The notes: generated by a model not told the origin, from the sequence alone. Shown: positions 32,012 to 42,705, counted from the first letter of the stretch. The stretch is 64,000 bases of DNA from an uncultured bacterium (GCA_963708045.1 OY970181.1:451740-515739); one strand, 5' to 3'. Numbers and translations are program-made.

Positions 32012-32701
32012 ATGCCCGAAATGCAATCGGCAAAACTTTCAAGAGCCAAACCCGGACCGTCCACTGTCCGCTTTCTTGATATTTCCGAAATTCGTGACGA
32101 CGTCGTTGTGCTAAAAGACGGCACAGTGCGCGCTGTGCTCGCTGTTTCTTCAATCAACTTCGCGCTTAAGGCGGAAAACGAGCAAGAGGCGATTATTTCT
32201 GCCTATGTCGGTTTTCTAAATTTAATTGACCACCCGGTTCAGGTAATGATTCAGTCGCGCAAGTTTAATATTGAGCCGTACTTAAACGAACTTAACGCTC
32301 GCGAAAAAATAATTAGCAACGAGCTACTCCGTGCCCAGCTTCGCGATTATCGCGCTTTCGTTGAACAACTTGTTAAAAGCGGCGAGGCGATGAGTAAAAA
32401 ATTCTTCGTGATCGTGCCGTATGACCCAATTACTGAAAAGAAAAAGAATTTTTGGACGCGAATGGGCGAAGTTCTTTCCCCGGCCGCGGCGATTAAATTA
32501 AAAGAAAAGCAGTTTCAAGAAAGAAAAGAAGGGTTGATTCAACGGGTCACAAACGTGATCGGCGCGCTTTCGGCGATGAGTCTTACAGTAACGATGCTAG
32601 ACACACAGACGCTGATTGAATTGTATTACAGTTTTTATAATCCGGTCGCGTCCGAAACGCAAAAACTTCCTGACGCTAACGAAGTCCGCATAGAAAACTA
32701 A
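32012..32701 (+). CDS. TraC/VirB4-associated protein (N-terminal VirB4-like domain)
   Basis: ISEIRDDVVVLKDG, VSSINFALK..EQEAI, LIELYY..YNP; start could be 31997, 32012 or 32021. Confidence 0.78.
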   Translation: MPEMQSAKLSRAKPGPSTVRFLDISEIRDDVVVLKDGTVRAVLAVSSINFALKAENEQEAIISAYVGFLNLIDHPVQVMIQSRKFNIEPYLNELNAREKIISNELLRAQLRDYRAFVEQLVKSGEAMSKKFFVIVPYDPITEKKKNFWTRMGEVLSPAAAIKLKEKQFQERKEGLIQRVTNVIGALSAMSLTVTMLDTQTLIELYYSFYNPVASETQKLPDANEVRIEN

Positions 32702-32702
32702 T

Positions 32703-34574
32703 ATGGCCTTGTTTGGAAAAAAGAAAACCACACCAAAAAAGCAAACCCCCGACGAACTCGCGATCGTGGCGGCGGAAAAAGTTACCCTGGAAGAAGAGCG
32801 CGTTTATCGCCGCGGCGCTGTTTCTATCCGCGACCTGATCGCGCCGGCATCGTTTGAAGTTAACCCGTCGTTTGTTCGTTTGGGCGATCTTTATGCGGCG
32901 ACGGTTTTCGTCGTTACTTATCCGCGTTACGTTTCGGTCGGCTGGTCATATCCGATTATCAGTATGAATCGGTCGCTGGATGTTTCAATGTTTTTTTATC
33001 CTGTTAAAGCCGAAGTTATTTTGAAACAATTAAAAAATAAGGTCGGCGCGCTTGAAGCCCAGATTATTATGGACGCGGAAAAAGGCGCGGCGCGCGACCC
33101 GCTTCGCGAAACGGCATTGCGCGACATTGAAAAATTGCGCGACGACCTCACCCAGGGAGTAGAGCATTTTTTCCAATACGCCTTCTACGTCACCGCTTAC
33201 GCGCGCACGACCGACGACCTAGACAAAATTGTCCAAGAAATTGATTCGGTTTTTGGTGCTAAACTAATTTTTTCAAAACGCGTTTTTTATCAATCGGAAC
33301 AGGGCTTTAATTCCTGCCTGCCGCTTGGAAACGACGAGCTTCAGATTACCTTTAACATGAATAGCTCGCCCATTGCCTCGTCCTTTCCGTTTATTTGCGC
33401 CGATCTGACCTCAAACTCCGGCGTGCTTTACGGCCTTAACAAACACAACAGCTCGCTCGTCGTCTTTGACCGGTTCTCAATGCAAAACCCCAATATGGTC
33501 GTCTTTGCCACGTCCGGCGCGGGAAAATCATTTGCTGTCAAACTGGAAATTTTACGGTCACTCATGCTTGGCACGGACGTTATCGTGATTGACCCAGAAA
33601 TGGAATACAAACATTTGTCCGACGCTGTCGGCGGCACCTACATTAGTATTTCGCTTTCGTCCGACTCCAAGATCAATCCTTTTGACCTGCCGCGGCCAAT
33701 GGATCAAACGCAAACGGCCGAAGATATTATTAGGAGCGCGGTCATTACCGTCAAAGGTTTGCTCCGTATTATGCTTGGTGCGATCACAACGGCCGAAGAT
33801 TCAATTTTGGACCGGGCACTACTTGAAGCATATGCCAAGAAAGACATTGTCCCGGGCATTAATCCGCTTGAGCTCGGACAATACGAACCGCCGATTCTTC
33901 AAGATCTTGAAGAAGTGCTTTCGGGAATGGTTGGCACGACCGATCTTGTTGAACGGTTAAAGAAATATACCGACGGAACTTTTGCTGGGCTTTTAAATTC
34001 GCCGACAACGGTTGATATGAAAAACCAGTTCGTGATTTTTTCCGTGCGCGATCTTGAAGACGAACTTCGTCCGATGGCGATTTACACGATTGTTAGCTAT
34101 ATTTGGAACGTCGTTCGCTCGGTCAGCAAAAAGCGCATTCTCGTGATTGACGAAGCGTGGTGGCTAATGCAACACGAGGATTCGGCCAAATTTATTTTCG
34201 CGCTCGTTAAGCGCTGTCGCAAATATTACCTTGGCGTTACGACGATTACGCAGGACGTTAATGACTTTTTAACTTCTACCTACGGGCAGGCGATTATCAA
34301 CAACTCGGCTATTCAGCTTCTGCTAAAGCAGTCGCCAGCGGCAATTGACCTTATTCAAAAGACGTTTATGCTCACCGACACGGAAAAATATTTGCTTTTA
34401 GAGTCCGATGTCGGTAATGGAATTTTCTTTGCCGGTTCGTCGCACGTTGGAATTCAAGTTATTTCTTCGTACACCGAAGAACAGCTTATTACGACCGACC
34501 CGCGCCAACTGCTTGAAATTGAAGAGGAGAAAAAACGTTTTGCCGAAGAAAATGCGCCCCCCGCGCAACAATAA
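32703..34574 (+). CDS. VirB4-like type IV secretion/conjugation ATPase
   Basis: Walker A ATSGAGKS, IDPEMEY, Walker B VIDEAW, RKY, ITQDV. Confidence 0.93.
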   Translation: MALFGKKKTTPKKQTPDELAIVAAEKVTLEEERVYRRGAVSIRDLIAPASFEVNPSFVRLGDLYAATVFVVTYPRYVSVGWSYPIISMNRSLDVSMFFYPVKAEVILKQLKNKVGALEAQIIMDAEKGAARDPLRETALRDIEKLRDDLTQGVEHFFQYAFYVTAYARTTDDLDKIVQEIDSVFGAKLIFSKRVFYQSEQGFNSCLPLGNDELQITFNMNSSPIASSFPFICADLTSNSGVLYGLNKHNSSLVVFDRFSMQNPNMVVFATSGAGKSFAVKLEILRSLMLGTDVIVIDPEMEYKHLSDAVGGTYISISLSSDSKINPFDLPRPMDQTQTAEDIIRSAVITVKGLLRIMLGAITTAEDSILDRALLEAYAKKDIVPGINPLELGQYEPPILQDLEEVLSGMVGTTDLVERLKKYTDGTFAGLLNSPTTVDMKNQFVIFSVRDLEDELRPMAIYTIVSYIWNVVRSVSKKRILVIDEAWWLMQHEDSAKFIFALVKRCRKYYLGVTTITQDVNDFLTSTYGQAIINNSAIQLLLKQSPAAIDLIQKTFMLTDTEKYLLLESDVGNGIFFAGSSHVGIQVISSYTEEQLITTDPRQLLEIEEEKKRFAEENAPPAQQ

Positions 34575-34578
34575 TAAT

Positions 34579-35154
34579 ATGGATAGACGCACTAAATTTG
34601 TTTTTCTTTTTGGAGCCGGCGCGATCGCGATCGCAGCGATTCTAGTTTTTATTTTTTGGCCGAGTAGTACCCCCACCCCTGCGCCGGGTGCGAATACAAA
34701 CGCGGGCACAGGATCACTTTCGCCAAGTACGACGACAAACGTAAACGCACCCTCCGCCCCGCGCCCGATGACTGATATTGAAAAAGCCGCGACCCAGCCC
34801 AAAACCATCGCCATTACTTTTGCCGAACGTTTTGATAGTTATTCCAGTCAAAGCAATTTGAAAAATTTGGACGATCTCGCGCCGCTTGTTACCGCCGAGG
34901 CGTATAAATTTATTGATACCGATTATCGCGCCAAGCTTTTAAAAACGTTTCCCCCAAAAAATGCCTATTTGGGCGTCTCCGCCAAAGTAATCAGCGTTCG
35001 TCAACTTTCTTTTGACGGAACGACCGCTGATTTTGAATTAAGTATGCAAGAAGTTTGGTCAGGAACGGTGAGCGAAACAAAATATACGACGCTTGAAATT
35101 AAATTAATAAAAGACGAGGCAAGTTGGTTGGTAAATTTCTTCAAATGGAAATAA
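34579..35154 (+). CDS. Membrane-anchored hypothetical protein (VirB8/NTF2-like fold possible)
   Basis: N-terminal TM, Pro/Thr linker, FAERFDSYS, terminal LIK...WLV. Confidence 0.65.
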   Translation: MDRRTKFVFLFGAGAIAIAAILVFIFWPSSTPTPAPGANTNAGTGSLSPSTTTNVNAPSAPRPMTDIEKAATQPKTIAITFAERFDSYSSQSNLKNLDDLAPLVTAEAYKFIDTDYRAKLLKTFPPKNAYLGVSAKVISVRQLSFDGTTADFELSMQEVWSGTVSETKYTTLEIKLIKDEASWLVNFFKWK

Positions 35155-35861
35155 ACACCTTCTCAAGCCGAAGAGGAGCAACACAAATTCTCCGCGCCGC
35201 GCTTGATGCTGTTCTTCCGGTCTATTGCGTTGGTTGTAAAGAGGAAGGGAAGATTTTATGTGCAAATTGTCGGAGCGCGATTACTCGCGCTCCGCTTTTT
35301 ATTTGTAGCGCCTGCGGGCTTTTTTCGCCGGCTGGAACAACACATCCCGATTGCCAAACAAAAACGCCGCTCTCGTCGCTGATCGCGCCTTACCCGTATG
35401 CCAATCCGCTTGTCCGTAATCTGATAAAAAATTTTAAATACCGCGGCGCGGGGGAGAGTAAAAAAATTATTGCAGATCTTTCCGCCGCGTCGGCAAACGC
35501 CCTGCGCTTGTTATTTTCAGAAAACGCGATTGTCGTCGCGATGCCGCTTCATATTCGTCGTGAGCGCGAGCGCGGTTTTAATCAGTCGGAGGTTATTGGC
35601 CGAGCGGTTGCTACCGCGCTTGGGTTTAAATTTGACAGTGAAATTATTTGTCGGACGCGGCGGACTGACGAGCAGGCGCGCTTGCCGTTTCACGAGCGCG
35701 CGGAAAATTGTGAAAATGCTTTTCGTGCTAAGCCGACAAGCGGAACAATTATTTTGGTTGACGACGTCGTCACAACCGGCGCGACAATGAAAGCCGCCGC
35801 CCTTGCTTTAAAATCCGCCGGCGCCGAGCGCGTTGTTGGTTTCGCCCTCACGCACGGATGA
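35145..35861 (+). CDS. comF: ComF family protein (zinc ribbon plus PRTase)
   Basis: CxxC pairs, RGFNQS, ILVDDVVTTGAT. Confidence 0.92.
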   Translation: MEINTFSSRRGATQILRAALDAVLPVYCVGCKEEGKILCANCRSAITRAPLFICSACGLFSPAGTTHPDCQTKTPLSSLIAPYPYANPLVRNLIKNFKYRGAGESKKIIADLSAASANALRLLFSENAIVVAMPLHIRRERERGFNQSEVIGRAVATALGFKFDSEIICRTRRTDEQARLPFHERAENCENAFRAKPTSGTIILVDDVVTTGATMKAAALALKSAGAERVVGFALTHG

Positions 35862-35883
35862 GGGATATAAAAAACATATTTTT

Positions 35884-36035
35884 AAAACAGAACTCTCCCT
35901 ACCCTCCCTTTTACCAAAGGGAGGGCTAAAGATTTTTTGTTTCGCATTAGATCCTCTTTGCATAATGGTAGCCTTGTGAGATACAACCAGTCTTAGCCCA
36001 CTCTTTGCAAAAGAGGGGGTAGGGGGAGTTCGTTC
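35884..36035. repeat. Repeat family A, copy 2 (halves in opposite order)
   Basis: Right unit 35890-35928, ~65-nt spacer, left unit 35993-36031; lies between convergent genes. Confidence 0.88.
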
Positions 36036-36050
36036 ATCCTATCTTAAAAT

Positions 36051-37094
36051 CTACTTCCACTGATAATGCGTCCATGCCCATTTGGCGAGGGCGTCGGCGT
36101 CGCTCATGCTTGTGGCGAGTTTGGGTTCGCCAAAAATTACCAAAATCAGTTCGCGTGGCGCGCCTTTGGCGCTCTTTAGTCCGACGGCGAGGTTCCAGCC
36201 GACCTCGGCGCCAAGATAGCCGGTTTTGCTCGCAGTAACGAGGATGTCATCATATTCGGGCAAGGTAAGAAGCGCGTCGCTGTTTTTAACAACTAATTTT
36301 TTTCGGCTCGGAAGTTTATATAAAGTGCGTTTCGCGGTTGTGGTAAAACGGCGAATCGCGTCTTTTCCAAAGATGGACTGGGCGAGCGCGGCAAATTCCC
36401 GCGGCGTGGAAATATTATTTTCATTAAGGCCAGTGGGGTCGGCAAAAATGGTGCGGTTTAGCCCAAGCACTTGAGCCGCCGCGTTCATCGCGGTAACAAA
36501 TTTTTCACGCGAAAGTCCGGTTGCATCGGCAAGGGCGTTTGCCGCGTCGTTAGCCGAAGGAAGCAGGGCTGCGTAAAAAAGATCGTTCACGCTAAATTTG
36601 GTTCCGGCGGGCACACCAAGCCGCGAGCCGCCGACTTGATCGTCCGCGGTAATTGTTTGGATTTTTGTAAGCGGCACCTTGCGTGAAAGAACAATGTTGG
36701 CCGTCATCAATTTGGTTAGCGAGGCAATAGCGCGGGGCGCATTGGCGTTTTTTTCGGACAAAATTAACCCAGTCGCTTTATCAATAATGATATAGCTAGC
36801 TGCGGAAACGTCGGGTGCTGGGGTTGTGTTAATAGGTGTTGGAATTTTTCCGGTCGGTTTGTAGAAAAGCAATTTTTTGTCTTCACGCCAGCCATATTGT
36901 TTTGCCCAATCCTCCAAACCAAGCGCCGAAGTATTTGCTTCGGGTTTTGTTAAATATGTTTTTTCGTCAAAAAGCGTTTGTAGGTCGGCGCGCTCGGCGT
37001 AAAGTGATTTAAGATACGGCCCAACTGCCGCCTTGGTGGTAAAGGGGATAATCGCCGCAAAAAATATTAATATAGCGAAGATCGTTTGGCGCAT
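36051..37094 (-). CDS. D-alanyl-D-alanine carboxypeptidase (peptidase S11)
   Basis: ASLTKLMT (SxxK), SAN, DPTGL, KTG motifs; signal peptide. Confidence 0.92.
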   Translation of the reverse strand: MRQTIFAILIFFAAIIPFTTKAAVGPYLKSLYAERADLQTLFDEKTYLTKPEANTSALGLEDWAKQYGWREDKKLLFYKPTGKIPTPINTTPAPDVSAASYIIIDKATGLILSEKNANAPRAIASLTKLMTANIVLSRKVPLTKIQTITADDQVGGSRLGVPAGTKFSVNDLFYAALLPSANDAANALADATGLSREKFVTAMNAAAQVLGLNRTIFADPTGLNENNISTPREFAALAQSIFGKDAIRRFTTTAKRTLYKLPSRKKLVVKNSDALLTLPEYDDILVTASKTGYLGAEVGWNLAVGLKSAKGAPRELILVIFGEPKLATSMSDADALAKWAWTHYQWK

Positions 37095-37151
37095 AGAATA
37101 AAAGTATACTACAAAAATCTTGTTTGCGCGCTCAAATAAAATTAACAAACA

Positions 37152-37178
37152 AAAAATCAGCCGCTGGCTGATTTTTTT
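37152..37178. terminator. Intrinsic terminator
   Basis: AAAAAATCAGCC-GCT-GGCTGATTTTTT. Confidence 0.7.
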
Positions 37179-37199
37179 GGATTAATAAATATTATAGGG

Positions 37200-37769
37200 C
37201 TAGTCAATAATATTGATGATGTGTTCCAAAACTGCGCTGTAGGCATTCATATCAAAATTAGCCGGATATTTTTTGGTGAAAGTAAATAAGTTATTTTTTG
37301 CGACTTGTTTTCCTGCGCTATCTTCGTAGTAGCTATGAAAAACAAAATAATCAGTTCGTTCGCTGGGGCCAGCGTTAAGGGCGGTTGTTGTTTGGCAGGC
37401 GGTTTCAAAACTAAATCCGGTCGTTCGTTTATATACCGTATTTTCCGTAACGTAACAATCTCCTTTAAGGTGCGGATCGTCGTTTGCAAGGAGAGTGTAT
37501 GTCCAAGTTGGCGCGTAGGAACCCTTGATTGGCGCACGAAGGGTAACGCCGGTTTTGGTCGTCGTTGTTTTCCAAGCGCTGTCGTCAATCGGCGTCGCGC
37601 TCGGCGTGATTGCGGGAAGTTCGTTCATATCACTAACGGCGGGAATATTTTCCGCCGGTTTTTGATTATTTTCGTTTTTCGCGTTTGGTGACTCGTTTGG
37701 TTTGGCGCACCCGGCGCCGAGCAAGGCCATAACGGCGATTGTTCCGATAATTAAGGTGGTTTTCTTCAT
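37200..37769 (-). CDS. Hypothetical lipoprotein
   Basis: LLGAGC lipobox, typical of ABY1-lineage lipoproteins. Confidence 0.8.
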   Translation of the reverse strand: MKKTTLIIGTIAVMALLGAGCAKPNESPNAKNENNQKPAENIPAVSDMNELPAITPSATPIDDSAWKTTTTKTGVTLRAPIKGSYAPTWTYTLLANDDPHLKGDCYVTENTVYKRTTGFSFETACQTTTALNAGPSERTDYFVFHSYYEDSAGKQVAKNNLFTFTKKYPANFDMNAYSAVLEHIINIID

Positions 37770-37934
37770 AAAGCATTAGATTAATTCTAGTCGGTTATCT
37801 TACCACGATCCCAAGGCGCTGCAACCGCAAAGAGTGACATTGATTATTTTGTTCTAATTTGTTAAAAGAAGGGGGGTGTGGTCTTTCATATTTAGAACGT
37901 TTCAAAACCCCTAACGATAGAGGAGGATGAATAA

Positions 37935-38942
37935 ATGGCAAACGATACAGACCTTAGGACAAGTCTTGTGAAAATTCTTGACACGAACATTAGGAGAGGA
38001 AAGCTGGCTGCGTCGCTTGGTGGGCTCTTGGCTCTTTCTGACGAGCAGATGGAAGTTATAATGGATCCGATTTTTGCCTTGACGGAATTCGTTGGGGGAC
38101 GAAAGTTGAATGAAGGTACAGAAGAGCATCTTCGGCATGTAATGAGTCTTCTTACGAGTATGACCAATATGGTCAAGGGCGGTGTTCTAAGCTCGCGAAC
38201 GCTTGAGGTCTTTATTAACTTGCAGCGCGATCAACAACGGGCCGTGAATTATTTGCCAGAGCCGTTCCGTGGACCGCAACAAGTGGGAGCGATCATCTTG
38301 ATGGCAAAAGTCAGATGTGCGCGTCTTGAAATTGATTTGCCAGAAATCGCCATCGGGTGGGGAGAAAAATTGGGCAAGCCTGTTGCGCTTGATGGTGAAT
38401 TTCCAGGGAAACATCCGTGTATGATGCCGGTGACATTTGCCGCTGACAATGGGATGAATCGGATCATTGAGAATCCTCAAGAGTATTTCGGCATTCATCC
38501 GGCACTGCGTTCTGGGTGTTCAACAGCTCCACTCGTCGCTTCTTGTGAAAGGTGGCCGATGGAAAATAGTTTTGCTTTTTCGCCCTTGCCTACTTGGGCC
38601 GCCGATGATAGCGGAAAAAAGTTTTGGTTGGAAAATCATACTTGGCCAGAACAGCAAGACGAGCTCCGTAGACTGCAACGACAGTATCCTAATTTTACAG
38701 TGCGTTTTGCGCGCCTGCACGAGTTAGTGTTCATTGATTTGTGCTGGCGTCTGGCGACACTGTGCTCGCCTATGCACATTTTTAGTTTCCGCTGTGAGAA
38801 TCCGGCCGATGGGAAAAATTGTTTGACCTACGGCGGCGTTGATCAGTATGGAGGCGAGATTGAAACGGAAAGAGATTCGGCCAGACTTGAGCATGGCGTT
38901 CTGCCGTTGTTCTTTGTCAAAGGCGAGAAGAAAAAGAAGTAG
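37935..38942 (+). CDS. Hypothetical protein
   Basis: 335-aa ORF, GAGGAGG SD, downstream hairpin at ~38985-39012. Confidence 0.7.
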   Translation: MANDTDLRTSLVKILDTNIRRGKLAASLGGLLALSDEQMEVIMDPIFALTEFVGGRKLNEGTEEHLRHVMSLLTSMTNMVKGGVLSSRTLEVFINLQRDQQRAVNYLPEPFRGPQQVGAIILMAKVRCARLEIDLPEIAIGWGEKLGKPVALDGEFPGKHPCMMPVTFAADNGMNRIIENPQEYFGIHPALRSGCSTAPLVASCERWPMENSFAFSPLPTWAADDSGKKFWLENHTWPEQQDELRRLQRQYPNFTVRFARLHELVFIDLCWRLATLCSPMHIFSFRCENPADGKNCLTYGGVDQYGGEIETERDSARLEHGVLPLFFVKGEKKKK

Positions 38943-39026
38943 CAGGGTTAGTTTTTTTCTCGCAGACAATTTATCGTCAACATAACGGCGCGTCCCAACC
39001 AGGACGCGCCGTAAATATTAGATGGC

Positions 39027-39196
39027 GTCATCCCGAGTGATAACGAGGGAACTCAAAGTCTCTAGCAAGCTCCGTGTTTCCTCGCCGAGCTGAGCTCGGC
39101 TGAGCCTTGGACAAAACGACCTTACAGGCTCGGAATGACGGCGGGGGTGGCGTCATTTGCGAGAAGTGAGATGGAGCGAACGATGCGGCAATCTCC
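39027..39196. repeat. GTCATCCCGAG...CTCGGAATGAC palindromic element (39027-39139) plus family B copy 2 (39152-39196)
   Basis: Terminal inverted repeats and a match to 19397 and 42125. Confidence 0.8.
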
Positions 39197-39207
39197 TTGG
39201 AGTATCA

Positions 39208-41019
39208 CTATATAAACAACCGCGCTAACCGTAACTCTTCAAAAGAATAATCTTCGCCTAGTATTTCGCGAACCATTGTTAGTGTCGTATTGTTTGGGTT
39301 TTTAAAAGCGTCAGCGATTTTATTAAGACGCTCGGTGGATGGTTTAAGATAATCAATATTTATGGATGGGTCGTCAAGAAAGAGTTTCTCAATATGGCCG
39401 ACAATGGTTCCGGGCGAGAGACCGCGTTTTAAACTAATCTCGTTCACTGACATTTTTTGCAACAAATATTTTTTTGTTTCATCATACGTTGAACCAGCAC
39501 ACATAAAGACGTTTGGTTTTTGTCCGTCGCGCGCGGCGGCGTAGCGCCGGATGGTCGTCATAAATAACTCGCCGTATTGGGAAAGCTTTTGTTCGCCGAC
39601 GCCGCTAATGTCCAAAAAGGCGTCATTAGTTTGTGGCAAAGAAGCGGCGATTGCTTTAAGTGTTCTGTCGCCAAAAATAATGTATGGCGGAACGCCCAAA
39701 CGGCGCGCCTCTTGCATACGGATACTGCGCAATTCTTCAAAAAGCGCCGGATCGTAATCGCTTACGATCGCCGTCGTCCGCGTTTTTCTTGACCGATCGT
39801 CGTCATAAATTTTCTCCGACATCACAAGCGGCGCAAATTTTATACAGCCGTCACAATTTCCGCAATTATCAAGCAGATATTTTTCGTGAAAATACTCAAG
39901 CAAATACCGGCGGCGACAGCTTTTTAAATATCCGTAATCAATAACCTGTGCCAATTTTAGCTGCGCCTGACGGCGTTCGGCGTCGTCGGTAATACTGTTG
40001 ATGAAATATTCCTGCTTAAATTTGTCGGCAAAAGAAAATAACAGAACGCAGCGCGCGGGCAAACCGTCGCGCCCAGCGCGGCCGGTTTCTTGATAATAAC
40101 CTTCAATGGATTTTGGTAGGCCGTGATGGATAACCAAACGCACATCGGGTTTGTCTATACCCATACCAAAAGCAATCGTCGCGACCATAATATTTATTTC
40201 GTCTTTAATAAATCGCTCCTGATTTTCTTTGCGCGTTTCCGGAGCCAGCCCGGCATGATACGCCGCCGCCTTAAACCCGTGTCGTTCCAAATTTTCAACT
40301 AACTTTTCCGTATCGTTTCTGGAAAAACAATAAATGATCGCGCTTTTGTCGTGGTAATCGCGCAAAAGCGCCAAGACCAAGGCAAGCGAATCTTTCTTTG
40401 GCAAAACTTCGTAACTTAAGTTGGGGCGATTAAAACTTGAAATAAAAATCTGCGGATCTTTAAGTCCAAGTTGTTTAATTATATCTTCCCGTACTTTGGG
40501 AGTGGCGGTGGCGGTTAGCGCGATAATTGGAACTTTTGGAAACAACAAACGCAAGGAACGCAAATTTCTATAATCCGGGCGGAAATCATGTCCCCACTCG
40601 GAGATGCAGTGCGCTTCGTCAATGGCAAACAAACTAATCTTTAATGCGCGGAGAAAATCTTCAAATCCGGTCGCCGGAAATCTTTCCGGCGCTACATATA
40701 AGATTTTCAACCCGCCGTTTAAGGCGCGTCCCATCACTTCCCGAATATCTTCGGGTGACAGCGTGCTGTTGATGAGCGCCGCGGGAACGCCGTTTGCCGA
40801 GAGCGCATCAACCTGATCTTTCATTAAGGAAATGAGCGGCGAAACAACTACGGTCAGACCTTCTTGTATTATGGCTGGCAGCTGAAAACAAAGCGACTTG
40901 CCCCCGCCCGTTGGCATAAGGACGACGTTATCCCGCCCAGCCAGGACATTGTTGATTATGTCTTGTTGGAGCGGGCGGAACTCATCGTACCCAAAATATT
41001 TTTTAAGTGTTTTAAACAT
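39208..41019 (-). CDS. recQ: RecQ DNA helicase
   Basis: MPTGGGKS, DEAHCISEWGHDFRP, QETGRAGRDG, Zn motif CGNCDGC, HRDC domain. Confidence 0.97.
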   Translation of the reverse strand: MFKTLKKYFGYDEFRPLQQDIINNVLAGRDNVVLMPTGGGKSLCFQLPAIIQEGLTVVVSPLISLMKDQVDALSANGVPAALINSTLSPEDIREVMGRALNGGLKILYVAPERFPATGFEDFLRALKISLFAIDEAHCISEWGHDFRPDYRNLRSLRLLFPKVPIIALTATATPKVREDIIKQLGLKDPQIFISSFNRPNLSYEVLPKKDSLALVLALLRDYHDKSAIIYCFSRNDTEKLVENLERHGFKAAAYHAGLAPETRKENQERFIKDEINIMVATIAFGMGIDKPDVRLVIHHGLPKSIEGYYQETGRAGRDGLPARCVLLFSFADKFKQEYFINSITDDAERRQAQLKLAQVIDYGYLKSCRRRYLLEYFHEKYLLDNCGNCDGCIKFAPLVMSEKIYDDDRSRKTRTTAIVSDYDPALFEELRSIRMQEARRLGVPPYIIFGDRTLKAIAASLPQTNDAFLDISGVGEQKLSQYGELFMTTIRRYAAARDGQKPNVFMCAGSTYDETKKYLLQKMSVNEISLKRGLSPGTIVGHIEKLFLDDPSINIDYLKPSTERLNKIADAFKNPNNTTLTMVREILGEDYSFEELRLARLFI

Positions 41020-41313
41020 ACGGCGATTATATCATTATATTTAAGACTGCACCGCGTGAGAGGCGACCACTAATCCATAATAGGGGAACGAAGCGTTTTT
41101 GTGACAAAAATGTTATACACAACTAACACACTCTTTCAGTCACGTTGATTTTTGTTGATTCTATTAAGTTTTTAATGAACGCGGGCTGTTAGCAAATGCT
41201 AACAAATAAACCCGACTTCATTTTCTATATTGTATTAACCAAGGGGCTTGAAATATTTATTAAAAATTGCTAAGGTCTGGCCAAGCAAATGAACCCTAAC
41301 AACTTGCTGGGAG

Positions 41314-42060
41314 ATGCCGATGGATATCACCGCTCTGTTCGCAAAATTGCATGAATCGCCTATTTACCACAGCGAGATCATCACCAAAGCTCTCGCGCTC
41401 AAAGGTATTCCGGCGGATAGCGCTTTGCTAGACTACCCACTTCTCCGAGAGTACCACTTGGATTCCGAACATTTACGCGTTCTTGCTCGCCACAACATTC
41501 GCGCGAGCGAGACTCGCGATCAGCTGATACTAACCGACGATGATGTTAAAGAGCCTGAAATAAACGGCGAGCCGTTCCTGAATGCTTGGGTTTTCAAGAG
41601 ACACTCCGATCCCAAAGACGACGATTTCCGGATCACCTTATATCTCAAGCTCTACATTGACTCAATGGATGAGAAAGGTGTCACAATCGTACCGATCTCC
41701 TGCGGACAAGAAGAACAAGGGATTTGTCAGGCCTCCAACAGAAAGATGTTTGATATTCTCGTTGGCAACGATCCTAATCCGCCGGCATACGCCGTCCAAT
41801 TCACCGGTCTCACGCGCGCGTCGCACCTAAGTTGGCAAAACCTTGGCCACGAGAATCTTAAGAGCGTCTTTACGCTCTTCCGTATAGTAACCAAAGGCAA
41901 TCAATTTCTTGCGGAGTTGGCAACCAAGGGTGTCTTAAGCCCAACATCAGAAAAGAACGATGGCCGCGGCTTGCCCTATCACGGGAATGATACTCAAACT
42001 ATGCTCATAGCGCATTGGCGCGAGCAGCTTGAAGTTTACAAGTCCAAGCTCGTCATCTAG
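41314..42060 (+). CDS. Hypothetical protein
   Basis: 248-aa ORF with upstream TTGAAA...TAAGGT promoter-like sequence and a terminator at ~42078-42120. Confidence 0.7.
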   Translation: MPMDITALFAKLHESPIYHSEIITKALALKGIPADSALLDYPLLREYHLDSEHLRVLARHNIRASETRDQLILTDDDVKEPEINGEPFLNAWVFKRHSDPKDDDFRITLYLKLYIDSMDEKGVTIVPISCGQEEQGICQASNRKMFDILVGNDPNPPAYAVQFTGLTRASHLSWQNLGHENLKSVFTLFRIVTKGNQFLAELATKGVLSPTSEKNDGRGLPYHGNDTQTMLIAHWREQLEVYKSKLVI

Positions 42061-42124
42061 TCCGATGAAATTCCTAAAACGCGAACCACTTCCCTAAGTG
42101 GTTCGCGTCTTTCTTTTTTTCTTT

Positions 42125-42167
42125 GTCATTGCGAGGAGTGAGCCAAAGCGAACGACGCGGCAATCTC
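42125..42167. repeat. Repeat family B, copy 3
   Basis: GTCATTGCGAGGAGTGAGCCAAAGCGAACGACGCGGCAATCTC. Confidence 0.85.
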
Positions 42168-42264
42168 CTCGGAAGGGGACATGACACTTCACCGTTCTTA
42201 ATGAATGAAGGGTTTTGAGGTGTGAAAGTCGGAAGTGAATTTAAATTGGACTTGACCCCATTTC

Positions 42265-42597
42265 TTATTTCTTTACAGAAGACAGCTCTTTGTCTGTGAT
42301 CATTATTAGGTCGCGCAACTTTTTTCCGTCATCCGTATCCTCAATCAAGAAATGCAGCTTTGCTCCGGGGTATGGCGATTGTTCGTCAACCGTGCCGAGA
42401 AAATCCTTTCCCATTCGCGTCGGCCTGATATAAAGCTGGTTGTCACAGATAAGCGCAACAACTTTCTTGTTGCGATAGATCGCACAACCCCCGAACATGT
42501 ATTTGTGCGAAATATTCCCGACACTATGGATCTGATCAATGACGAATTCCACGAACGACTTGTCCAACGTTTTCTTTTTGGGAGATATGTCTTTCAT
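42265..42597 (-). CDS. TfoX/Sxy N-terminal domain protein
   Basis: KYMFGGCAIY..KVVALICDNQLYIRPT, PYPGAK. Confidence 0.88.
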   Translation of the reverse strand: MKDISPKKKTLDKSFVEFVIDQIHSVGNISHKYMFGGCAIYRNKKVVALICDNQLYIRPTRMGKDFLGTVDEQSPYPGAKLHFLIEDTDDGKKLRDLIMITDKELSSVKK

Positions 42598-42705
42598 AAT
42601 GATTCTCGGTGATGCGGACGCGGTGTTAACAAAGATATTATAGTACAAAACCAACATTGGCTGATAGTCATTTTTGAGGTGTATGAGTCGGAGCTAAAAA
42701 TATTG

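Noticed and set aside
27064-35154. Integrative conjugative element or plasmid
   Set aside because: No relaxase, coupling protein, integrase or att sites; composition resembles core genes and the cluster runs into comF.
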